Part shown: positions 46,384-54,587 of the stretch, piece by piece
How positions within the stretch are numbered: the first letter of the stretch is position 1
How the letters are laid out: every line of letters starts with the position of its first letter
IMG/VR virus record: IMGVR_UViG_3300025759_000085
Span: 2,402-66,401 of that record
Direction: 5' to 3' (one strand)
From: a virus
DNA: 64,000 nt
The notes under the pieces: generated by a model
Databases searched by the model: none
The model's input: only the letters and a program-made list of their open reading frames with translations
Told to the model about the DNA's origin: nothing
Program-made: the position numbers and the translations under genes

Positions 46384-47615
46384 ATCATATCTCCTGATTT
46401 AACATGTACTGTTGAACCACAGTTAGGTGTTGCACTGCGGTTATCTAGTATGCACCACAACACTGGGTTTGACCAAGAACCCCAACCGCCATACAAATAA
46501 CCATCAGTCAGTACGATTGATGCTTGCGGGCTGATGTTGTTCTCTGCCATGTAACTTGTTACACAGTTAACATCTGTACCACCACCACCCTCGGGCTTGG
46601 TAGACTCGACCATGTCATGTAGTTCGTGCATCTCATACTTCTCGTCACGACATACCTCAGTGTCCCAATACAGTACACGTAGACACTTGGGGTGTACTGT
46701 CTCACAGATAGACTTGATCTCGGATAGGAACACCGATAACTCACGCTGACCGATAGAGCCTGACGTATCAATAGCAACCACTAACTCGTCAACCTGCTCG
46801 GATATACCGCTAGGTAAATACATACCTGTGTGCAATCGTCTGCGGTTGGGTCGGTTGTATGTAGCATAGTCAGAGCCACTACAGTGTGTGGTAATGTAGT
46901 CACGTAACACCTCACGCCAATCAACCTGTGGTTCGAGTAGGTCGGCTACTGTACGCTCACCACCACTGCCCATCTTACTTGCACTGATAGCACCCTGACG
47001 TATCGCATCGTCAATCTCTTTGGATAACTCTTTCTGCTCCTCGTCGGTCATCTCTTGCGCACCTTCCCAGTCATGCTCATCGAATGGCTGTTGGCTAGAC
47101 TGTTGCGACGAACTGGACGACTGTTGCCCATCATCTGTTGACTCGTTACCACCAGAACCATTATCTTCTTGCTGTTGCTGGTAGATGTCATTGAACACTT
47201 TGGGTGTAGCCCAACCACGATACTTGGTGTCGTAACACATACCATCAATACCCTCGACAAATCCGTCGTCTTTGTGTGCGTCGAGTATCTGTATGTTGAT
47301 GACATAGTCCATCGCTCTGTTGGCTGTCATAGCACAGCGTAGCCACAGGTGATGCCACGTTGTAAGATGCTTGTACATCTTGTGGTAACACTCATGCAGT
47401 ATTACAAAACGTAACTGCGCATCAGTCAGACTGTCAACAAACGCACGACCATAGAACTCGTCACGACCATTGGTACACGCTGTCGGTATATCGTCACGTA
47501 CCTCACGCTTGCCCACCATCAGTACACCTGCTAGTGCAAAGTACAATGGGTGGTTGACGATAGACACAATCGCTTTGTGTATGCGTTGTTCTGCTGTCAG
47601 ATTAGAGACTAACAT
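46380..47615 (-). CDS. DUF2201-type metallopeptidase + VWA domain protein
   Basis: PTACTNG, HExxH (LHECYH), N.A.D..IN; MIDAS IDTSGS, GGGGTD and LTDG. Confidence 0.85.
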   Translation of the reverse strand: MLVSNLTAEQRIHKAIVSIVNHPLYFALAGVLMVGKREVRDDIPTACTNGRDEFYGRAFVDSLTDAQLRFVILHECYHKMYKHLTTWHHLWLRCAMTANRAMDYVINIQILDAHKDDGFVEGIDGMCYDTKYRGWATPKVFNDIYQQQQEDNGSGGNESTDDGQQSSSSSQQSSQQPFDEHDWEGAQEMTDEEQKELSKEIDDAIRQGAISASKMGSGGERTVADLLEPQVDWREVLRDYITTHCSGSDYATYNRPNRRRLHTGMYLPSGISEQVDELVVAIDTSGSIGQRELSVFLSEIKSICETVHPKCLRVLYWDTEVCRDEKYEMHELHDMVESTKPEGGGGTDVNCVTSYMAENNISPQASIVLTDGYLYGGWGSWSNPVLWCILDNRSATPNCGSTVHVKSGDMI

Positions 47616-48688
47616 TTGTCTGCACCGAACATGTAGTTGTTCTCACGACACCAAACAGTAAAACTCTTGTTGGTGGTAACGAGTGACTTGTTCTTGTATG
47701 TGTCGGGTTTGATACCAAGTGCGAACAGACCTTGTGCTTCCTTACTCAACCTGCCCATGTACTTGAACCAAGCATCAATCCACGTTTTGTCGAGTGATGC
47801 AAGCGCACGATACACGACCATACATACGGCACTGGCACTGTCGGGTACGATTGCATTCATTGGGTCAGTCTTGATGGACTCGAGCGTTGGTAGCTTGTCG
47901 GCTAGTTTGACAAACGCCATCATGTCGAGTGCTCCACGCTCACCGATAGTACCAATCAATGCGCCTGTTAACGTGTCATCGGATAGGTGCTCGCGTTGGT
48001 GTAGTATGTCAGATGCACACTCGAGTGAACGTGGTGTACAGAATGATTTAGATTGTCGCTTGGGGTGATAGATGTATGGGTTGTCATCGGGGTTGTTAAC
48101 CTCAGTGAATGACTGCATGACTTGTGGAAACTCACGTACGAAACCCATGACTGATGGGTGTACGTCGTTGTTGATAGCGTAGTTGTTGATCCACTCATCA
48201 GATGACGGCTTGCGCATACGTACTGTGATGATACGATTGCGTGCATGTGGTGGTAACATATCACCGACACCCTCAGCACCCAGATTGGTAGTTGCAAACA
48301 CAATGCTACCCTCGGGTAAGTGTTGGTTGCCAATCATGTGCTCGAGCATGACAACAAGTAACGCGTTCTTGACTGATGGGTTAGCTTTGCCCAGTTCGTC
48401 AAGCATGAGTATTAACGGCTTACCAAGATGTACACCAAACTGCTCGTTGGGTAGGAATGATACACAACCTGCTTCACGATTGAGATCGGGTATAAACAAG
48501 TCACCAAGATCTTTGGTGGTACAATCAAACAAACATGCAATGTGATCGGGTAACAATCGCTTGAGTGTTTTGAGTAGGCTAGACTTACCAATACCCATGT
48601 CACCCTCGATTAGTACAGTGCGTTTACCACCTACGTGTAATAGTAGTTGGACTATCTCTTCAATACTGCTTACATATACGTTATTCAT
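47609..48688 (-). CDS. MoxR-like AAA+ ATPase
   Basis: Walker A GDMGIGKS, Walker B LMLDE, ATTN sensor, arginine finger ARNR, TPRS. Confidence 0.85.
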   Translation of the reverse strand: MNNVYVSSIEEIVQLLLHVGGKRTVLIEGDMGIGKSSLLKTLKRLLPDHIACLFDCTTKDLGDLFIPDLNREAGCVSFLPNEQFGVHLGKPLILMLDELGKANPSVKNALLVVMLEHMIGNQHLPEGSIVFATTNLGAEGVGDMLPPHARNRIITVRMRKPSSDEWINNYAINNDVHPSVMGFVREFPQVMQSFTEVNNPDDNPYIYHPKRQSKSFCTPRSLECASDILHQREHLSDDTLTGALIGTIGERGALDMMAFVKLADKLPTLESIKTDPMNAIVPDSASAVCMVVYRALASLDKTWIDAWFKYMGRLSKEAQGLFALGIKPDTYKNKSLVTTNKSFTVWCRENNYMFGADKC

Positions 48689-48843
48689 AGCTTCGTTCCT
48701 CGGTTAGAAGTTCTACACTGTAGAACATTTTTAGGTAGATGCTTGGTGCGCTTGAGTATTACCCTGCGCACGTTCGCATTCTCGTTAACGTGGTACAGCT
48801 TGTTACCACGCCACATCTCTTTGCATCGTGTATTAGTCTGCAT
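48685..48843 (-). CDS. possible 52-aa basic protein (not in the ORF track)
   Basis: MQTNTRCKEM...RGTKL; fills the gap exactly and ends in an ATGA overlap with the ATPase; no clear RBS. Confidence 0.3.
   Translation of the reverse strand: MQTNTRCKEMWRGNKLYHVNENANVRRVILKRTKHLPKNVLQCRTSNRGTKL
48710..48726. promoter_or_regulatory. palindrome copy 3
   Basis: Seen directly; upstream of the AAA ATPase RBS. Confidence 0.8.
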
Positions 48844-48845
48844 AG

Positions 48846-49724
48846 TTAGATGTCCAGTGATGGTAGTGACTTGAGTATGTCATCTACCTTAGATTTAGTT
48901 TCGGCACGCAAGAACTCGTCATCACGTAACCCCTCGGGTGTCACACCACGTAACGTAGACTCGAGCCGTTGGCGCATAGCTTCCATCTGACTGTCACCTG
49001 TCACGTTACATGTAGTCAACAAGTCAACCATTGATAACGCGTTACTGACTAGCGTATCGCGGAACACTTGCTTCTTGCCGTTGCTGTCGGTCAGCTTGTC
49101 CGACATGTTAGACAATGCAGTGTGCATACGTTTCCACACATCACCCATCGCCTTGCTTAGTTGGTCGGAGTAGAACTTGTCATACTCTGCTTTGAGTTGC
49201 GTGCTTGCTTCGTTGCCAATGTCCACACGAAAATCACCTGCATCAGGTAGTGGTGTGTAGTTGACACTGACACCGAACTTACTGCGTATCTGCTCGGACG
49301 TTGGATAGTCATCACGTACAAACAAGTTACCGAGCTTTGCCTGTGCACGTGACACTGCAAAGTCATAGTCATCAATGAACTCGTCAACCAGTGCATCGAA
49401 CGCATTGATTGCCTCACTCATCTGTTGGTTGTAGTCAAAGTACACTGCGGTAGGTAACAACCTCAACCCACTGTCTGACCAAGGCATAGTCATCGGGTAA
49501 TGTATGTGGTTGCGTATCTTGCCACGTATCTCATTGATAGCTTTCAGCTTGTCACAGTCACCGAGTAACATCTTATTGACTGACACCACGCCATTGTCTG
49601 CGTAGTTCTGATCTGCGACTGTCTTGGACTCGCGCCTGTCTTTCTTGCGTCCTGTCCACACACTGATATTTAACTCTGTAAGCATCGCGCTTGATGCTAG
49701 GCTTGGGGCTTGGATATTATCCAT
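48846..49724 (-). CDS. DUF3150-like protein
   Basis: L.ISVWTGRKKD N-terminal motif and YP....IR.KF; adjacent to the AAA/VWA pair. Confidence 0.6.
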   Translation of the reverse strand: MDNIQAPSLASSAMLTELNISVWTGRKKDRRESKTVADQNYADNGVVSVNKMLLGDCDKLKAINEIRGKIRNHIHYPMTMPWSDSGLRLLPTAVYFDYNQQMSEAINAFDALVDEFIDDYDFAVSRAQAKLGNLFVRDDYPTSEQIRSKFGVSVNYTPLPDAGDFRVDIGNEASTQLKAEYDKFYSDQLSKAMGDVWKRMHTALSNMSDKLTDSNGKKQVFRDTLVSNALSMVDLLTTCNVTGDSQMEAMRQRLESTLRGVTPEGLRDDEFLRAETKSKVDDILKSLPSLDI

Positions 49725-49941
49725 TGTCGTTCTCCTCGTTGTTTTGTTCTACAGTTGTAGAACTTTGATTTAGTGCGTACTCTTTATTGAGACGCACACG
49801 CTCTGCCCAGTAGGTGTCATTGTCCACTGGGGTTTGTTGCTCGATATACTCACGCAATACCTCGCGCCACTCTGCACCGATCTCACTCATCGCCACTCTC
49901 CTCATCAATGTACCACTTGATCTCACGCATGATGTAGTCAA
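49717..49941 (-). CDS. small hypothetical early protein (start probably at 49890)
   Basis: GAGGAG precedes the internal ATG (MSEIGAEW). Confidence 0.5.
   Translation of the reverse strand: MTTSCVRSSGTLMRRVAMSEIGAEWREVLREYIEQQTPVDNDTYWAERVRLNKEYALNQSSTTVEQNNEENDNG
49746..49763. promoter_or_regulatory. palindrome copy 4 (2-nt centre)
   Basis: GTTCTACA-GT-TGTAGAAC inside a coding 3' end, upstream of the DUF3150 RBS. Confidence 0.75.
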
Positions 49942-50089
49942 GTTCTAGGTTAAAGTTCTTGCGCATCTGACTAGGCATATTGTCAATAGAATCGACGTAG
50001 TTCTGTAACGCGTCCATATTCATTAATGCACGCTCAAAGGGAATGTTATTTGTCATTGTCGTTATCCTTTTTAAAGTAGGGTGAATCAA
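49883..50089 (-). CDS. small hypothetical early protein (start probably at 50056)
   Basis: AAGGA precedes MTNNIPF. Confidence 0.5.
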   Translation of the reverse strand: MIHPTLKRITTMTNNIPFERALMNMDALQNYVDSIDNMPSQMRKNFNLELDYIMREIKWYIDEESGDE

Positions 50090-50243
50090 ATACTGCTACC
50101 TTTGGCTCTTGATCGCGTAGCAGATCGTCAAACATCTGGTCAACGCTACAACCTGCTAGTCGCTGTCCGTCTGTCTCGTCGAGTACATCTGCGTGCTCCA
50201 TCAGCAGATAGTACAAACTGTTGTTGAAATCTAATTTGTTCAT
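50046..50243 (-). CDS. small acidic early protein (MNKLDFNN...)
   Basis: GAGG RBS before the ATG at 50243; first gene after the strong promoter. Confidence 0.55.
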   Translation of the reverse strand: MNKLDFNNSLYYLLMEHADVLDETDGQRLAGCSVDQMFDDLLRDQEPKVAVFDSPYFKKDNDNDK

Positions 50244-50262
50244 AGTTAGTACCTCAATAAAA

Positions 50263-50279
50263 GTTCTACAGTGTAGAAC
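50263..50279. promoter_or_regulatory. palindrome copy 5
   Basis: Seen directly; in the 5' leader of the early operon. Confidence 0.8.
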
Positions 50280-50342
50280 TAAGTTAGTTATCGTTGCGCA
50301 CGGCAACACCTGCGAACGAGTTATCACCCGATCACTTAGATT

Positions 50343-50370
50343 AGTATACCACAGTGGGTTGTTGTGTCAA
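50343..50370 (-). promoter_or_regulatory. strong sigma70-type early promoter
   Basis: TTGACA-16 nt-TATACT with extended -10 TG. Confidence 0.75.
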
Positions 50371-50383
50371 GTTATGTAAATAC

Positions 50384-50883
50384 GTGTGGGAATGTGTGTG
50401 GTGTTGATATTGTTACAAAATGACTGTTACAGAAACGCTGTAATGTTACTCGATTGTTACTTTTTGTTTTTGGCTACAGACCAGTGGTGATGCGGAATGT
50501 TACTTTGTTACCAACTTTTGGGAAAATGAGAGGCGATATTTATTTTTAAGTTCTACATTGTAGAACAAATCTGCCAGAGTGCCCTCGAATAAACGCCATA
50601 TATATATTTTCTTAAAAAGGTAACATTATAAATATATTAATTAATAGATAGATAGAAACATACAATCGCACACATTGCTAATATCATGCGCGTTCGCTAT
50701 ACCACACGATCCCACACAAAGCTGTTTTGTTACCTTTTTGCAAAACATTTGGTAACAAATGGGTAACATTAGGGTTACATTGGTAACATTACAAAGTAAC
50801 ATTCGCTCAACACTATACAATCTACTGGTATCACGTACGAACGTGTAACTACTTGCTCAACACGATTCAATTTACTGGTATCA
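50384..50883. other. putative replication origin (inverted TGTTAC/GTAACA iteron arrays around an AT-rich core)
   Basis: TGTTAC at 50411, 50425, 50444, 50455, 50498, 50506 and 50728; GTAACA at 50620, 50752, 50763, 50783 and 50796; AT-rich tract at about 50598-50660. Confidence 0.65.
50550..50566. promoter_or_regulatory. palindrome copy 6
   Basis: Seen directly, inside the putative origin. Confidence 0.8.
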
Positions 50884-50899
50884 AAAGAAAAAAATAAAA

Positions 50900-50916
50900 G
50901 TTCTACAATGTAGAAC
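50900..50916. promoter_or_regulatory. palindrome copy 7
   Basis: AAAGTTCTACAATGTAGAACTTT (23-bp perfect dyad). Confidence 0.8.
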
Positions 50917-50924
50917 TTTGAGGC

Positions 50925-50951
50925 AAAAAAAAGCCACCCCGAAGGGTGGCT
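50925..50951 (-). terminator. intrinsic terminator
   Basis: AGCCACCC-TTCG-GGGTGGCT followed by a T run on the - strand, just after the 178-aa gene. Confidence 0.85.
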
Positions 50952-50967
50952 CTGTTGGTGGGTTGGT

Positions 50968-51504
50968 TTACTTGGTGACTCTTACCGATAAGATGCGTTG
51001 AGCATCGTTGAGCGCTTTGGATAGCGCGACTACATCATACTCAGGATTGTCGTCTTTCTCTGCAATCTTGAGCGCCTTGTTGATAGCCTCGCGCATTTTG
51101 ACGATGTCGCTAACTGGTGCGCTTGGCGCTTTTTCCTTGTTAGGATTTTCTAACTCGTCTAGCTTGTTAGCGATTCGGTCGATGTAAGTACCAACATCTT
51201 GTTGCACCGATTTGCGCTTGGCTTTTTTGGTGTCGTCCCATTCTTTGGCTACTGACTTCGGTGCACTGTATAGCTTGTAAGACTCAGCGCCTAGTCCGAA
51301 CGCTAGCGCATCGCGTCGCGCCTCGTATTGCTCAGGCGATGCAGTGCTAGTGTACTGCTTAGACTTTGGCGACCTAAAGTCTGTAGCTTTATGGGTCTGA
51401 TGAATTTCAAGAATGATGCTCGCCAAAGTTTTCTTAGCTTTGCTATCAGTCTTCGCGTAGTTTGACAAGGCTGTTTTCTCAGCGCTAGTGATTAAGTTAT
51501 TCAT
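50968..51504 (-). CDS. hypothetical basic helical protein, monocistronic first early gene
   Basis: 178 aa, AAGGA RBS, its own promoter and terminator. Confidence 0.75.
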   Translation of the reverse strand: MNNLITSAEKTALSNYAKTDSKAKKTLASIILEIHQTHKATDFRSPKSKQYTSTASPEQYEARRDALAFGLGAESYKLYSAPKSVAKEWDDTKKAKRKSVQQDVGTYIDRIANKLDELENPNKEKAPSAPVSDIVKMREAINKALKIAEKDDNPEYDVVALSKALNDAQRILSVRVTK

Positions 51505-51559
51505 ATCATCAAATATCCTTTAGTTAGTAGCCAGTGCGTTATTGCTCTGACTTGTTTAT

Positions 51560-51589
51560 ATAGTAATACATTAGGACGTATAAAGTCAA
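51560..51589 (-). promoter_or_regulatory. sigma70-like promoter
   Basis: TTGACT-18 nt-TACTAT. Confidence 0.55.
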
Positions 51590-51623
51590 CACTTTCTTTC
51601 ACTATCTTACACAAGATTACAAA

Positions 51624-51640
51624 GTTCTACACTGTAGAAC
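51624..51640. promoter_or_regulatory. palindrome copy 8
   Basis: Seen directly, about 35 bp upstream of the -35 box. Confidence 0.8.
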
Positions 51641-51800
51641 TAATTGACCCCCCACCCCCCGTTTCGTCATTTTGGAGTCCCATCTATCTAGTAATACCAA
51701 TTTACTCAAATAAATCGTATTTTTCTGAAACCCCCCACCTTGTTTAAAAAAGGCTAGGCAAAAAATTTTTTGTGTGTTACTTTTGAAAACTGATCCATAA

Positions 51801-52268
51801 GTGTATAAGGAACGTATGGGGCAAAAGTTAGTCGAAGGAGAATCGAGTCACGTCGGACGTGTAGGTGAGTTCTTTGCCATATATAAATTAGAAAAATATG
51901 GTATAGAGTGCCACCATGTAGATCGTTCCGGCATAGACTTGTGGTGCCAATCGTTAGACAATTCGTTATTCACAGTTCAAGTCAAATCATCAAACATCTG
52001 CCATTTCAATCAGCATAACAAAAGACCAAACTTTTCGGGCTACGCATATAACCTAAGAGCAGATCATGTAGCAGATTTCTATGTATTTGTAGCATTAGAT
52101 ATAGAACGTATGATTGTAAAACCTGTTGAGGAGCTAGAAGGAAAGACACAGCTACGGTTAACCGCCTCGGATTTTACAAGGGAAGAAGAATTAGAAGGCG
52201 TGAGTCTACTTAGATCCTTTAAAAGGGAAGATCATCTTCAAAGTAAATGCAAACAAGTCCTAAACTAG
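51801..52268 (+). CDS. PD-(D/E)XK endonuclease-like protein
   Basis: G.VGE....., GIDL, VQVKSS and DFYVFV motifs. Confidence 0.7.
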   Translation: MYKERMGQKLVEGESSHVGRVGEFFAIYKLEKYGIECHHVDRSGIDLWCQSLDNSLFTVQVKSSNICHFNQHNKRPNFSGYAYNLRADHVADFYVFVALDIERMIVKPVEELEGKTQLRLTASDFTREEELEGVSLLRSFKREDHLQSKCKQVLN

Positions 52269-52308
52269 TTACTAAACAAGCAGACAATAGGAACATATCC
52301 GGATACAT
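52219..52308 (-). CDS. 29-aa hydrophobic peptide MYPDMFLLSACLVTSLGLVCIYFEDDLPF (not in the ORF track)
   Basis: GGAGG RBS 4 nt upstream of ATG; TATAAT at 52347-52352 on the - strand. Confidence 0.5.
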   Translation of the reverse strand: MYPDMFLLSACLVTSLGLVCIYFEDDLPF

Positions 52309-52476
52309 AATACCTCCAGTTGGTAATGGGTTTTGGGAATGCCGCTATTATATACCTATTACAATATATACTCTAATACATATTGTTTATATTTCGCATG
52401 ATTTTTGGTAATGACTTGTACTTCTTATAACTTTTTGGTATATATACACCTACGGTTAATAACCTGCGACTAAAAT

Positions 52477-53043
52477 ATGACAATAAAGCTCGAGCCAGAG
52501 AATGGCGTACCAGTGTATGACGATGATCCAAACGTGGATTTGTCTGTGCGTGCGCGGGCTGCTACCGTAACGGCAAAAGAATTAGAAAAAGAAGGTCTAG
52601 ATCTGACTCCGACGGCTGAAGATGAGGCTGTAGCGAGCATGTTGACCATGTCATACGCAGAAGATCCTGAAAAAACATCCAAAAAAGCCACAAAAGCGCG
52701 TGTTGCAGAGCTGACACCGGCATCTTTGGTACTTACAAGTAATATTTTGAGTGAATTTGGCCGTTCTGTTGTCGAATCTGCTACCTCAGTGCGTCACATG
52801 ATAACAAACAAGTTGATTTTAGAGACAGAAAACCCTGATGCTAAGATAAGGCTACGTGCGTTGGAGTTATTGGGTAAAATTTCTGATGTAGGACTGTTTG
52901 CTGAGAAGTCAGAAGTGACAGTTACACACCAATCAACAGATGATTTGAAGAAAAACCTCCGAAAAAAGCTAGAAAAACTCGTAAATCCGCCTGAAGTTGA
53001 TGACGACGTAGTCGTAATCGACGCGGAGTCGGTAGATGAGTGA
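52477..53043 (+). CDS. probable terminase small subunit
   Basis: Directly upstream of TerL; IRLRALELLGKISDVGLF..K.EVT.H pattern. Confidence 0.65.
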   Translation: MTIKLEPENGVPVYDDDPNVDLSVRARAATVTAKELEKEGLDLTPTAEDEAVASMLTMSYAEDPEKTSKKATKARVAELTPASLVLTSNILSEFGRSVVESATSVRHMITNKLILETENPDAKIRLRALELLGKISDVGLFAEKSEVTVTHQSTDDLKKNLRKKLEKLVNPPEVDDDVVVIDAESVDE

Positions 53044-54577
53044 TTTCACACAAGAAGACATCCAGCAAATGTTGGACAATCTAGACGAATTTACCGAAAC
53101 AGAGGTGGTAGAGATTGAAAAAATGGTGGATGAGCTAGCAAATCGTCGGAAAAACAAGGCAGCGTACGATGATTTGATAGAATTTTGCAAAAGAATGATG
53201 CCTGACTTCATTGTAGGTAAACATCACCGTATTTTGGCGGACATGTTGATGGGTTTAGAGGATGGAAGTAAGGATCGGGCATGTGTAAACATCCCTCCTA
53301 GGCACGGAAAGTCTCAATTAGTGTCAATTTTCTTCCCAGCATGGTTTTTAGGTCGAAATCCAGACAAAAAAGTGATGATGGTGTCACATACTACCGATTT
53401 AGCGGTAGATTTTGGTCGAAAAGTGCGTAATTTGCTTGGTTTACAGGACTATAAGGACATATTTCCTACAGTACAATTAGCTACAGATTCTAAGTCTGCA
53501 GGGCGTTGGAACACCAATATGGGCGGTGAATACTACGCATGTGGTGTAGGATCGGCACTAGCTGGTCGTGGTGCACACCTATTATTGGTAGATGACCCAC
53601 ATTCTGAGCAAGATGTTATTAATGGTAACTTTAGTGTGTTTGAGAAAGCGTACGAATGGTTTACATTTGGTGCTCGTACACGTTTGATGCCCGGTGGTAG
53701 GGTAGCAATTATCCAAACTAGGTGGCACATGGATGATCTAACAGGTCGTGTAGTTAAGGATATGAGTCAGAATGATAAATCTGACCAGTATGAAGTTGTG
53801 GAGTTTCCTGCAATTATTGAAGTAAAAGATAAGGAAAGTGAAGAACTTATAGAGAAACCGTTGTGGCCTGAGTTTTTTGATTTAGCTGCGTTGGAACGTA
53901 CAAAAGCGTCAATGCCTTTGTTCCAATGGAATGCACAATATCAGCAACAGCCAACAGCAGAAGAAGCGGCTATTGTAAAGAGAGAGTGGTGGCAGATATG
54001 GGAGAAAGAAAATCCTCCTATGTGTGAGTATATTATTATGTCACTTGACTCCGCAGCCGAAAAACACAACAGAGCTGACTTTACTGCGCTGACTACTTGG
54101 GGTGTATTCTTCAATGAAGAAACAAATGCACATAACATCATACTATTGAATAGTATAAAAGAGCGTTTAGAGTTTCCTGAGTTAAAAGAATTAGCTATGG
54201 AACAGTATAGTATGTGGGAGCCTGATGCGTTTATTGTAGAGAAAAAGAGTTCAGGTGTTGCATTGTATCAAGAAATGCGGAGAATGGGACTTGTTATACA
54301 AGAATATACCCCTCACCGTGGATCTGGTGATAAACTAGCGAGATTAAATTCTGTATCTGATATTATTGCATCTGAACTTGTTTGGGTACCACAGACGCGA
54401 TGGGCAGAAGAAGTTATAGAAGAAATAGCGGGATTCCCATTTATGAGTAATGATGACTTGGTGGATTCTACAATTATGGCGCTTATGCGATTTAGGCAGG
54501 GCGGATTTATACGGCTACCTTCAGATGAGCCAGATGAGATAAAATACTTCCAAAGACGAAGTGTCGGATATTATTAG
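53036..54577 (+). CDS. terL: terminase large subunit
   Basis: Walker A PPRHGKS, Walker B LLVDDP, IQTRWH..D coupling motif, nuclease D...DDLVD. Confidence 0.95.
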   Translation: MSDFTQEDIQQMLDNLDEFTETEVVEIEKMVDELANRRKNKAAYDDLIEFCKRMMPDFIVGKHHRILADMLMGLEDGSKDRACVNIPPRHGKSQLVSIFFPAWFLGRNPDKKVMMVSHTTDLAVDFGRKVRNLLGLQDYKDIFPTVQLATDSKSAGRWNTNMGGEYYACGVGSALAGRGAHLLLVDDPHSEQDVINGNFSVFEKAYEWFTFGARTRLMPGGRVAIIQTRWHMDDLTGRVVKDMSQNDKSDQYEVVEFPAIIEVKDKESEELIEKPLWPEFFDLAALERTKASMPLFQWNAQYQQQPTAEEAAIVKREWWQIWEKENPPMCEYIIMSLDSAAEKHNRADFTALTTWGVFFNEETNAHNIILLNSIKERLEFPELKELAMEQYSMWEPDAFIVEKKSSGVALYQEMRRMGLVIQEYTPHRGSGDKLARLNSVSDIIASELVWVPQTRWAEEVIEEIAGFPFMSNDDLVDSTIMALMRFRQGGFIRLPSDEPDEIKYFQRRSVGYY

Positions 54578-54587
54578 AGGTTAAGAG

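Noticed and set aside
44123-51640. Palindromes as a CRISPR array or Cas12a repeat mimics (the TTCTAC...GTAGA stem resembles the Cas12a direct repeat)
   Set aside because: Spacing is irregular (about 290-2600 bp) with whole genes in between, there is no cas operon, the AATTTCTAC 5' handle and terminal GTAGAT are absent, and the loop is usually 3 nt. The resemblance is probably coincidental, though an RNA anti-CRISPR role is not formally excluded.
44123-51640. Palindromes as N4-type hairpin promoters for a virion RNA polymerase
   Set aside because: No RNA polymerase motifs were recognised in the large virion proteins, and good sigma70 promoters already serve the early arm.
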